Origin: Phoronis australis
Lineage: Eukaryota > Animalia > Phoronida
Assembly (NCBI GenBank): GCA_002633005.1
Contig: NMRA01000547.1
Location: 135,561 to 199,560, forward strand
Length of the DNA stretch: 64,000 bases
Direction: 5' to 3'
Shown: positions 13,131 to 24,762 of the stretch, piece by piece
Layout of the letters: each line of letters starts with the position of its first letter
How positions within the stretch are numbered: position 1 is the first letter of the stretch
The notes under the pieces: model-generated
What the model saw: the letters and a program-made list of their open reading frames with translations, nothing else
The model's database searches: none
What the model was told of the DNA's origin: nothing
Made by a program: the position numbers and the translations under genes

Positions 13131-13202
13131 TTAGATTTACAGAACACTGAGCCCTTCCTCAATTTCAAGAAAGCACACACATTGTATGTGTTTCTCACCT
13201 AC

Positions 13203-13324
13203 CATGTGTCATTGCATCCTCGCCATAGTGCTGACTGACGATCCTGTGGTGTTGGTAGATCTTGGCTCCTTGCCGAGGGGGCAAGGTCATGGCTTTTTTA
13301 GATGCTTCACTACCCGCAATCATG
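13203..13324 (-). CDS. DOCK9: DOCK9/10/11-like exon (MIAGSEASKKAMTLPPRQG...EDAMTH), phase 2-1
   Basis: Acceptor gcacttacag, donor gtaggt; KAMTLP resembles DOCK9 RKSQTLP; phases fit both neighbours. Confidence 0.87.
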
Positions 13325-14022
13325 CTGTAAGTGCAAATTAGTGATACATGAGATTACTTGTTGAAGTTACAACATGCTAGGTACTTAACTGAGCCTCATG
13401 GCCACATGAAATGCAGTCCTCATGAAAAGTGCACATAGGATTTAGACTGAAACTAACCATGATAACTGAAAGCCATTGTAATTCCTCCTTTTGTCCAAAA
13501 CAATTTTCAATTTAGACCATTTACCGTCTTAACAGTTAAAATACCTATGATTTCTGGGCATGCACAGAAGTGGCAGTTTATTATTGCTTGAAACAGACTC
13601 TTCACGTGCACGGTCAAGGAAATGAACCGTCAGATTTTTGCAAGACCAAAAAAAAAACAAAAACAAAAGAAACAAATTGACACAAAAGTTTATAGCAGTA
13701 AATGTTCTAAATCATAATATAGTTTCTTTGATGAAATGTAAGTGTATTGCCGCTTTAACTTCATAGAATGCATTTTACTGCATTTGAAATTTTTCGTAAA
13801 TATGTATTCATGGCTGCTTATTGTTACACACAAAGTAAGCTAAAATTGATAAATTAAATCAGACTTACTTGTAAGTTGCAGTTTGATTGTAATTCTAAAG
13901 AACTGATAAGGAATGGAGAGGTTACGGGAGATGCGCAGGCAGATCGATGAGGCATAATCCAAATTGAGCGAGTGTTTACAAAAAATAAGAGGCCAACTGA
14001 GCAGAGCCAAGTAAACATATTA

Positions 14023-15455
14023 CTGTAAACATGCTCCGTTAACCGCCCACCCCCTACTTTAGTTGGATTTTCCATTTAACCGCCCATCTGCGATATTTGA
14101 AGATTTACATTAAGCGCCCACCTCTCGGTTAAGCGCCCATCCCCGACATTTAAAGATTGAAGATTTAGCGCCCAGTGCTGCAAACGCGCGATTCCCTGAC
14201 TTTTGATCGATGATCACAACTAGAGTGCAACGACGGCCTCAGAGCCGGCGGTTTGGCAATGTGAATTATAATACAAGTAATGAATTCTTGTCTCGGGTCA
14301 TGGCTTTACTTCAAAATATAATACTTGAACGTTTTGTCACTTTATTTTCTTCCCATGTTTGCAAAGTTTAAGAGCCCCGCCGGCTTCAATGCCTTCGCTT
14401 TTAGCGATGCGGTCTACCGCGCTGAGTTTCTGTCGGCAGTGCACTAGATAAAACATATATTCGAAAAAAAATCGGGCCGGAGAAATGTGACAGTGGTTTT
14501 GCCAACCCTTCCAATTCGCTTTTGGTAGGAATCTCTCGTATTTTGAAGAATTTCAATAACTCAGAGAAAGATGTCAAATTCTCCCTATTTTGATGACTGC
14601 AATTGCCAGGTTATCGAGAATGTGTAGCAACCAAACGGACAGTGTACCAGTCGATGGCCGATTTGCTGTCTCTCGATTTCTGAATTCAAATGTTGGCAAT
14701 ACATTACTGGACGTTTGCGTATCATCTTGAAGAAATAAAAACTGCTAGTCAAATTTTGTTTTTCGCTTATTGCATCTCAGACAAGTTGGCGTTAGCAGAT
14801 TCCGCCAAAGTCGCTGGTGGTTCTTTATAGTACGATTTCTTGCGACAGGCGTAACTGTGAATTATCGTATCCACCTAGCCTTTTAGCTTCCCGAATATAT
14901 TGTTTCTACATAGGGCAGTTTCAGACTGAACAAAGTTCTTACCATTCGAGTCTGAGACATCTATGACGTAACTGATTGAAAATTGGTAGCAGTGGTAATG
15001 ACGTGCACGCAGTTAGCTATGGGCATGGAACATCAGGTCCAGGGATCATCGAGCCGGGAAATATTGTAATACTTGACATCGTAGTTTTGGGTCATTGAGA
15101 CGGAGGAATATCGTAAAACACTGGGTTTTTTGTAACAGCAGCTTAAAAGTACAGAGTCGCGCCGGTGCACTCCTCCTTTACGTAGGGCTGTCACTGTTCT
15201 CTTTTGATGTGCGATCTCTGAAGTGGTGCACGCATGTAAGATCCCACACTCTGGAGTGCATGTTACCTTGACAACAACATATGTGATTGACAGGTGACTC
15301 ATACGTACGCGCGTGTTGAATCCAGCCGCTGTCTTTTGTCACATAAAACATGACCCATACTGAAAGAGGCTGTTAAATTACTTGACGGCATTTCCAAGTC
15401 TAGTGACGGCATAATGCGCGCAAACAGCGGGACCGACCAGAGCCGCAGTGCACAT
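14023..15455 (+). mobile_element. Longer, 3'-truncated member of the Tc2/pogo-like MITE family
   Basis: 14030-14500 aligns to 27690-28190 and 15185-15455 aligns to 28225-28505; ~700 bp of extra internal sequence. Confidence 0.75.
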
Positions 15456-16399
15456 GCGATATTGCCGCAGGCCTATCTATTTTAACCCCCCCAAAAAAAC
15501 GGCTCGCGTAGGTTGGAATTTCCTGGTGGCAGGTACAAGACATCTATAATCTCGGCCCGCATTTCGAAATTTCACGTCGCCAATGCGGCCTGCAGTTCGT
15601 TGTGCCGAGCGCGGAGTCTCGGTTGCAAAACACTGACTCGGAAAGGACGCGTTCCTTGTTGAACCTCTTCACTAATTTAGTCGTATAGCCATGCAAACCA
15701 CGTATGCCAGTTACCCGAAGAATTGGGGCTACATCTACGAATTGTTTTTTACCGACGCAGATACGTGTACGAACTGGTAATTTTTTCCTCGGACTCTAAT
15801 GTTCGCGCTCCCTAGACTCATCCCCAGTCATAGTGTTAGTACTTTTAAAATAAAATCTTAAACAAATGCTCGTTTTTTGAGTAATGCCTTTGCGGTAACT
15901 TTTGATTGACGACTGGCTCATGTCCGCTTACCCCCGATTCTCATCTTTGCATGTAATGTTTCACGCATTTGGAAATGGGCAACGCTGGTCGGTTGAGATA
16001 AAACAGCTAGCCGCAGAACCATACATTGAAAATGAGTCACGGAGTCTAATCTAATCTAATCTAATCTCCAAAATAAACATCCCAAACACAAGAAAAACCT
16101 GAATTTTGTTTTTCAAACTTTTATTACATCATTAATTTTAAAACTGGTCGTTGACCCGGAACTTGGCAGCTAGCACCATAAATTTGATGTCTGCTGTGAC
16201 CTCTGCAACACGTGAAGCTCGCACACGCGCACTTCTAAAGTGTCATCGCGTGAGAATAGTTGCAATCCAAGTTATTGTTACTGGTCGTCTGCACTACAGC
16301 TCTATTAAGATTGCAGGGCTATAACTCACCAATTTTGTAAATTTAATTGTGATTGACTAATCTGTGAGCAACAGAACATTTCTTGGGATCGTCCGCTGT

Positions 16400-17000
16400 T
16401 ATGACACTTTTAGCAACATTTGGCGACTTGACGATAAAGCTCTATTGTAATAATTAAAAAACACAACTTCTGGTTAGGTGCATTCGAAAGAACAGTGGTT
16501 TCCTTTTGCTGGAAACCGACTTTAATAGTATGTTTAGGCAGGTCAACAAAACAAATTTTTTAACAAGAGGATAATATTCCTAACATCTAACAAGTGCAAT
16601 GATTGACCACGCAGACCAGTTAGGAGTGTCAGCAATGTAAAAATGTCAACAATTTTAAGGAAATGACCTTGGCAGGAGCAACAGATTTTAAAAAATCAAG
16701 AACTACACTGACATCCCAAGAAACATCTGTTTTAGGGATAGCTGGTCTCAAGTTATAAACTCCTTTCAAAAACCTAACAACCACAGGCAATGACCAAACT
16801 GGCTTGTTATTAATGAAGACAATAGTAGATAACGCTGAATAAGAAGTGTTAATGGCATTGTAACCAAGACCCTTATTGGATAGCATAGCATTGGATGCAT
16901 TGGAATTTGCAGGCATTTGAGAGCAAAATGTTTGCCACTGTTTGATACAAGTCCGGTATAGTTTTCTGGTTATGGGACGCCATGACGACAACCCGATTTT
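16400..17000 (-). pseudogene. DIRS tyrosine recombinase remnant, internally deleted
   Basis: GLGYNAINT..SALS, VVRFLKGVYNLRP, WDVSVVLDFL, LLTGLRGQSLHLLD; the sequence jumps from KLCV to a terminal YYNR. Confidence 0.8.
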
Positions 17001-17149
17001 CTGAGCTGCTGATGAAAGTTCGAGATCTCTGGTGATTGCAGGTGGGAGACAAAGCATACCATCAGTCGAAGACGTGGAGTAATGCACTCCCTCGTTGGTT
17101 GGGAAATACCGATGTGTGTCCCACTGGAAATGATCACAGGCCAATCAAT

Positions 17150-18810
17150 TAGCATACTAAGCAGTTTTGAAAACCAGTGCTGAGTTGGCCATACAGGTGC
17201 AATCAGAATGCATTTTACTTTTGTCCATGTTAATTTTCTGCAAAGTAAGACCCACTAAATTAAATGGTGGGAATGCATAGACAAGGTCAGCATCCCAAGT
17301 GACAGTTAAAGCATCAACAGCCTGTGCAAAGGCGACAGGCTTCCAGGACCTGGGCATTCACCCTGGATGCAAACAAATCAATATCCGGGGTACCCTACAT
17401 AGCAGCTAAATTCCATTTTACATTATCATGACATTTACGACTTTCACGATCAGCAACAACATTCAAACTCCCAGGAAGATAAGAAGCAGTGAGCCAAATA
17501 TTACGTTCTTCTTTGCACCACAACAGCACATCACGAGCGATAGCATCAAGTTCAGGCACCACACCACCCATATGATTCAATTAATGCACAGAAGTAGAAT
17601 TGTTGCACAAAATCTTAACTTTCTGGTCGCGAACAGTGGAACACAAACTTCTAACACAAAAGAAAACGGTCTGTAATTCAAGATAATTAATATGATGCAG
17701 TTGTTCTACAAAGGTACAATTTCCTCCAATCTGAATAGTGCCATTTGAACCACCCCACACGAATTTAGATGCATCTGAAGTAATAGTCATAGACGAGGAA
17801 GGGGGTGAATACGACCTTTTGAGGAGGAGGTATTAGCAAGCCACCAAACTAAATCTTCCCTACAGATATCTGGAAGTGCAACAAATGTGTCAAAATTTCC
17901 TTTGTGTAACTTAAGGATCTCAGTTTTAAAATTATCAAGTCGCCTATAGCAGAGTTTCCCATAAGGCACAGCCGGGAAACAGGAAACCATAAGACCCACA
18001 ATATGAGCCAAATCCCTGATAGCAAATGTCGAGAAGTTCAGTAACTTGTTACAACCCATAATAAGTGATAGTCTTGCTAGGCACAGTAACTGACTTTGTG
18101 GGGTGTACCAGAAAACCACACAAAGAGGAGACCGAGATCATGTCTGTGATACTGTTCAGGCAATCCTCATAGAAGGGAGCTGCCAGGAAAATGTCATCAA
18201 TGAAGGAGGTGTTGATGTGCCCTATACCTCAGAGGTATGATAGTGGTATTTTCGTGAGTTAAGTGAAAATGCGTCGTGCAGATGCCAAGCCGTTGGATAA
18301 GCACGTAAATTTGTACAGCCGGCCTTCCCAAATGAATTTTAAGTATTTTTGGTCTTCAGCATGAACAGGCATCGAGAAATAAACATTTTTCCAGTGAACA
18401 GAAGCCATAAAGCAATCCGGCGTAATAAGGGTGAGGGCACGTTGCAAGGAGTCCATCTTAAAATGACTATACGCTATATGCTTGTTCAGCTCAGTAAGGT
18501 CCAAAATGACACGAACAGAACCATCTTTTTTGACGCGAGTAAAAATATTCGATATGCATTCACCACTCTGTCTGGTAGTGGAAGCAATAATGTCCTGACA
18601 GAGCATAAGATCAGATCAATTTGAACATTCACCAGGGGTCGGATTGCTGGAGCCAATTTATGAGGCCGAGGGCAGGGTAGACAAAGCTCTGACTCAAATT
18701 CTAAACAAACTCCACGAATAGTCAAGAATGTTAGCGTCACTAGTAAGGGACGACCAAAAGGTAAAATGGTTAACTAATTGGCCGGCACAAAACTCAACAG
18801 GAATACCATT
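17150..18810 (-). pseudogene. DIRS pol remnant: RT, RNaseH and DNA N6-adenine-methyltransferase-like domain
   Basis: AGQL..F..WSSLTSD; KKDGSVRVILDL..LNK...HFKM; FIDDIFL; SDASK..WGG; HINYLELQ; YLPGSLNVVADRESR; DIDLFAS; YAFPPF. Confidence 0.9.
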
Positions 18811-18862
18811 AGCTAGGGTAAGTAAACCTAATGTCTTAGACGTAAGTGTAGTATGGCTGATA

Positions 18863-19894
18863 TTACGCACCTGCTTGAGTGGGAACCAGCGTCTGGTTTA
18901 CCGGTGGCATATGGGGTGTAGCGGCGAGAACCAACATTGGTAGTGGTAGCACGAGCATGGCAATGGCCATTGGTGCCCATTCCCTGACGGTGACCACGCC
19001 CAAACTGGGTATATAATGGGAGCCAACTGGGGTAAGACAGGTACGTAGCATGACTGCCGAGCAAATCAGCATCACTGACGCTTTTAACCTAGGTGGCGAG
19101 ATCCTGACCAAATAATAGGAACCCTTGTCCACTGTGTTACAGAGGGACCGGAATTTTGCATTCAGGTCCCGCTTTACTGCTTCTCGGCGTCGCTGATTTA
19201 ACTCGATGTTAGCATTGCCAAGGAGCATCAGAGCCTCCAGGCCCAAACGCTTGAGATTCGCACAGTCCTTGACCGGCCCTTGCAATTGGTCGGCGAGTGC
19301 AATAATGGGGGCTGCCATAGAGAGTAAGTGACCCGACAACCGCTGCAGCCTGACATCCGTTTCCTTTGTCGTTGGGCGTAACCGATGCCATAATTCACTG
19401 TTAACTTTTGAAGCCACATTTTTGGAAGCTTGTGATTTTCTCGTAAGTCTTTTAATTTTGTATCAGACAGTTTAGTGGAGAAAAGCGAAGTGGCCACAGT
19501 GGCCAACTTCTCCGCGATTGGCAAACCCACAGCAGTGGCGTCGTGAATGTAATCGGATATCTTATCGAGCAAATCATCAGACCCATCCACACCAGGCGGT
19601 GGGTGATCCGCACGGAGATCATCAATGAGGTCATGTACCTCCTCTCCTGGTACCAACTCATCAGGTTCCAAAACCTCGGGAGAGCAATGTTCCAGCAAGC
19701 CCTTGGGAACAGGCATGTTCAACGACAGAACCGATTTAATCATTTCGGTTAACTGAGCCTAGAAGGCCCCCATGTATGCCCTTGGCCGCCTCTGACGACA
19801 CTTGGGTGTGCTTGGCTTTTGCGGCCTTGTCAGGCTCCGATTTGACAGTCCTCGCAGCTTTAGATTATTTGCTATCTTTCAATACAGGTTCCAT
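18863..19894 (-). pseudogene. DIRS gag-like ORF1, frameshifted
   Basis: KVNSELWHRL..D.RLQR and ALMLLGNANIELNQRRRE..K.DLN motifs typical of invertebrate DIRS ORF1. Confidence 0.75.
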
Positions 19895-21472
19895 AGTGCG
19901 ATGAGACAACTAGCTTGAACGTAGAATCACATGTAGCAGGCAGTTGATATATATGTACAGCACTGATAGCAAACTCAGTCGTGATTGGCTGCGCCAAACC
20001 TAAATTCTCTCCACAAGCGCAAACAGCAAACGCTATTGGGTAACCCAATTAAGGCCATGCAAGGGAACGTGCACGGGATTCCCGCATAAAGGTGAACCCA
20101 TGCCAATGGCTTAGCGAACAAAGCCACCATTACATAACAAGAGTGCAAAATTCCAGCATTCGATGACTCCTGCGTCCAGCAGAACAAAGACCATGGTCAA
20201 GCAATGAGTACAGCACAGACCAAAGCCAGCTGAAAACCCAAGCTGGGAAAAGAGGGGCAAGTGGTCAAAAACACCACAACAGTCCCACAAAGGACAAGAA
20301 TCGCCAATGCTGCAAAAAATCTTGAGCACGAAGCAATAGTTAACTCTGTCACGCTGAGACAACACACAACCGTTATGCTCGACAGTGTCGGTACAAACAA
20401 TGGAATAAGCGCAAGTCAGTAATCCGTCATATATGGCATATAAGTATATATACACAAAATATACCGACAGTGGCGTATATGATGCACAGAATAATGTCGA
20501 GTGGGATATTACTTCATGTACATCATTCTAGGTACATTTTGTATTTATCCCATACGCTTCGAATTCCTAACTTTCATTCATTTTTTTCGGCAGATTTTCT
20601 AAATACTTCACTCAGACTGTTCACGTGGCGGATCACAACCTATATGTATGTACTTGCGCGTTAGGCAGCAAGTTTTCTCTAGTAAAAGAAACAGTTTTAA
20701 AGGTGATGATTTATTACTTGAAAAGAGATAACAAAGATGAAAACAAGCGTAACTTTTGAACTTGTAACATCTTCTGAAAATAGTTAAATGACAACAATTT
20801 GATATTGTAGTTAACGGAGGATTCGGCGCCTGAGTTGCAGACGATAAAAAAAATTTAGCAAATGAAAACTGAGACAAAACTGTCATATAATCGACAGTCC
20901 TGTTCCAGATGTTACAATTGAGACTTGACTTATGTTGAGCGTTATTTACACTGCTATAATTGTATTACTTTAAACTATCTTCCGAAAGTTTGGTGATCGA
21001 ACCGGCTAACGACGTCAAGTCGACATTAACCTACCTTTTTAACTTTCATGTCACAGGTCACTGTTGAAGTAGTAAGGGAGGTGAATACGGAAAACTTTAT
21101 AGCATGGCCGTATTGCCCTCGACGAATTCAACGTGTATGGGATAATAATAAAGAACAGGACGTCAACAATTGCTAATAGTTAACTCTGAGATACAGACAA
21201 GCAATGTGAACGGACATAAAATCGAAAACACAAGGGTGACGGAAACATGTCTTAACACAATCAGAATCTACACGCTAATGACTCATCGATCTGCGCGCGC
21301 ATTTCATGTAATCTTGAAGTGAAGTTAGCAGAGAGTTATAATAAGAGTTAATTCATAATACAAAAAATTACTTGGACAAATTAATTTGAGTTGTGTTCAA
21401 TTCTGCTAACTGGCATTTGGGTTAACAATGCCTACTGCATGCTTTACAGTACAAATATCTGCTGAAGCATAC

Positions 21473-21593
21473 CTCAGTGCCATAATTCGTTTCTTTCCAA
21501 CGTATTTGAACTGGTGTAGACTCATGCCAAGAACTTCAAAGAAATCTAAGGTGTCATATTCAGACATGTTGTTGAACCACCCAAGGAGAGCAT
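21473..21593 (-). CDS. DOCK9: DOCK9/10/11-like exon (ALLGWFNNMSEYDTLDFFEVLGMSLHQFKYVGKKRIMAL), phase 1-2
   Basis: Acceptor ctttgattccag, donor gtatgc; DFF...LHQF.Y.GK motif. Confidence 0.95.
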
Positions 21594-23989
21594 CTGGAAT
21601 CAAAGAACGTAAGCCTGACTTCAACGGAATTTTGTTATTTTAGATGTATTGGGCTAACCACATAGTCCTGGCAAAGCCTCAGTAAAATAAGAAAATGTAA
21701 GTTCAATCTAGCAAATGTAAGCCCGTCAAATGATATGTGAAGCTGCCTTTCGTGCCATGTTGTGTCACCACAAATCCCTGCACAAACAAAAAAATAATAA
21801 TTGTATCAAATGGTTGTCTGAGTAAAACCTGCACTGTTATTCGCAGCTGTTAGCCTAGCTCAAGGACACGTCAACTACATTGGGTGCCAGTATTAAAAAA
21901 TTGGCACAATACCAATACCAAAATTCAACACCAATACTCTTTCGATAATGAATTTGTATGTGAAAACAATAGCTAGTATTATTGCTGCACTTTACATCCA
22001 CCATTTTGTAAATGATAAATCGACTGCAACTGCCAAAGAGTGCAAATGAAAAATTTTGTTTTAAAAAATGAACTTTTTAATAAGCAATGTAGATTTAAAA
22101 TTTCTCACTATGACCTTGAAAATGATTTCATACCTTCTCATTGGTAAAATATGAATAAAAAGTAAAGCTTCCATCTAGGGATATTGTGCCAAAATCTCAG
22201 CTGAAATCTTAAATTTCTCACTGTGACTTGGGAATAAGGTCCAAGTCACCAAAATCGACTGGCACCTAGAGATGTCCAACTACACCAAGGTGCACAATAT
22301 CTTAAAAGCTGTGACAAAAATGGCTTCTTAATCTTGTGTACCTTATAATGGGAGTCTGTGACTGATCACAGTCTCCACAAGCATCCATTTTCACATTGCG
22401 GCCATTTCTAATGCACTGCAGAAGGTGCTAACAGAATATGATGTCCCCACAGATAAACGTAAACAAACTAAGACTTAAAATTGATCTGATTTCCACAGTT
22501 GAAAGCAAGTCTTAGTATTTTGAAAATCAAATTGGCAAAATAAATTACGGGTGTACAAGTCTGAGCACGAGGCGCTTAATAAAATATTCACAAAAGTTGA
22601 ATTTGGGCTCTTACGTGAGCAGTGTTGTCAAACAGGATGTATGAGGTAGCTGATGTGACATTAAAAATAAAATTTTCACTTTAATGCAGTTACATTTCTT
22701 AATAGGTTCCCAGTTAAGTGAAACCAAATTTTGTCATTCTCTATGGGTAACAGAAAGCCTTAAGAAAGCTCTTAAAAAAAGGTAATGAAGAACCAACGCT
22801 ATCGCCCTTTTACCGACGATCGACCCTCGATTGTCAGCTTATGCAATCACATTAGTGTGTATTAGCCAGGCCTGTCCCTGATAACATCATGTAATACGGC
22901 CCTGTAATGGGTGTAACTGTGCCTGGCAGTGCTGATTACTCGGGCATTAAATATTTTCCTTGAAAAGAATCGGGATTCAGTTCTTCATTATAGGATATAT
23001 AAAAAGACAAAAACATTTCAATAGTCGTACTATTTCGAATTTTCTTGCTACGTGGTGTACAGGTGATTCTGCGTCCATAACGAATAGTGACCTGACCACG
23101 TTTGAGGCGCCTGCACAGATCGTATTAATTTCTTTTGTGTTAATCGCCTGAAAAATATCAGCCTCAGCAAACTTCACAAAACATAATACAAATCTTCATT
23201 TTTTAATTGTGCATGGGTGTTTGTTTTCAATTCATTTAGGAATAAAACTGTAGCTTAAAACTTCCTGTGGGATCTAACATAGAGTGGACTAAATTATGTG
23301 CAGTAGTGCTTCAATGACCTACATAAAGGATCGACAACCGTGGATTCGTTGTCAGCCTAAGCATAGTATGTGCTCTGAGTGAAGTCTGAGGGGGAATGGT
23401 TTTCGGAAGGCTGGTACAAAAATGGAAGCTTTGAATGAGTTGAATGTCTGGTTGGCCAAATGGGTTTAAATAGCGACAGTCTTGCCCATTTTTTGGAAGG
23501 CCAGAATTTTATTTTAGACTGGTTTGACGGGACAGCCAGGATTAAAAAAGACGGGCAAAAATTTAAAACATTGCTTGAAACGACGGCCACTTTCTTACTA
23601 TTATCGCCTCATCGACTACTTCTCTCAAATAGATAGACCATCAGTCATTTCAGAAATAGGAAATAGACTGCGGCAGCAGTGTTAGAAATATCAACAAACC
23701 TTTGAATGAAACTGCATTTGACTGCTTTTATTGGTTGTTGCTTGTGTATTTCTCACTTAGACGAATACTATTGGTTATTTTTGGTGCATTTTTCATTGGG
23801 GTTGGCCAATCGAAACTGAGCTCATCTCATTCTTATAAGGAATTTCGTTTGCTGATCCAATATTTGTGATTACCCCCAGTGAAAAAATTTGGCAGAAATA
23901 CACGATGTAGACAGTTTCAGAGGGAGTGACTCCGGGATTTGTACAGCCAATGATCGTGTCTGGTTTCTGTCACAGCCCAGATACAAGAG

Positions 23990-24165
23990 GGAATATCATT
24001 TAAGTTTCAAGACATTCAAGTCGACTACGTCCGAGAACAAATAAAAACTCTGAAGTCTAGTAGTGCCAGTGGCATCGATAGCATGGATGCCAAACTATTA
24101 AAACTGGTGTCTCAACAAACAGCCGAGCCCCTGAGAGAAAACAATAAACTCGTCTGTTGAGACCA
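23990..24165 (+). mobile_element. LINE (CR1/L2-like) ORF2 fragment
   Basis: FKFQDIQVDYVREQIKTLKSSSASGIDSMDAKLLKLVSQQTAEPL matches the typical pre-RT segment. Confidence 0.7.
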
Positions 24166-24277
24166 TGTATGATAAAAATGCCACTCGCTTTACCAATGCA
24201 AAAAACTGTCTAATGACTTGCATCACATTTTCTAGAAATAAAAGCATGAAAATTTTGAGACATCAAGTTGAGAAGAC

Positions 24278-24397
24278 AAATAAACTTTGAGTCTAATACT
24301 GGAAAAAAAACTTACAAAAATTAGCGACGTGAGATGTGGACGCAACGTCGCTAATTTTTGTAAGTTTTTATTCCAGTATTAGACTCAAACTTTATTT
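24278..24397. repeat. ~120-bp near-perfect palindrome
   Basis: tttgagtctaatactggaa..acttacaaaaattagcgacgt paired with acgtcgctaatttttgtaagt..ttccagtattagactcaaa. Confidence 0.9.
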
Positions 24398-24649
24398 ATT
24401 TTATAGAGATCTCAATGTAAAAATGCCTCACTGATGGTTGTGGGATTTGTCCAGTCCTGTCTCATAAAAGTAGTACCATGACTGTGTGACACAATAGCAG
24501 AGCTCAAATTTGCTTAATTTTAATTAGTTACTCACATGCTTACGAATAGACAGCCTTGGCTTAGTGGTGGGCTATTAATGCTTCACTGCATTCAGTTGGT
24601 TTTGTCATGTACATGTTTAACCAAGGTAAACGGTTTTTCATTAACTCAC

Positions 24650-24762
24650 TTTCTGGCAAGTTCTTGACAGTGTAAAGGAAGCAGAGAAGGAGATCCTTCA
24701 CCTCCAAATGGTCCAGCTTGTCATGACGCATTACCTGCTGCACACCAGCAGAAGACGGACTA
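24650..24762 (-). CDS. DOCK9: DOCK9/10/11-like exon (SPSSAGVQQVMRHDKLDHLEVKDLLLCFLYTVKNLPE), phase 2-1
   Basis: Acceptor ctgtttcag (CAG/TAG tandem), donor gtgagt; resembles RCDKLDQSEIKSLLMCFLYILK. Confidence 0.94.

Larger units (their letters stand above)
16200..20460 (-). mobile_element. Degenerate DIRS-like tyrosine-recombinase retrotransposon (boundaries approximate)
   Basis: Domain order gag-like, RT, RNaseH, methyltransferase-like, YR; many frameshifts and stops. Confidence 0.9.

Noticed and set aside
16046-16066. (CTAAT)n as an interstitial telomere
   Set aside because: Only about four units and not the TTAGGG or TTAGG motif; an ordinary microsatellite.
20543-21145. Inverted motif ttatcccatac / gtatgggataa as a DIRS terminal repeat
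   Set aside because: Both copies lie on the same side of the DIRS element; more likely a separate small degraded element that I cannot classify.
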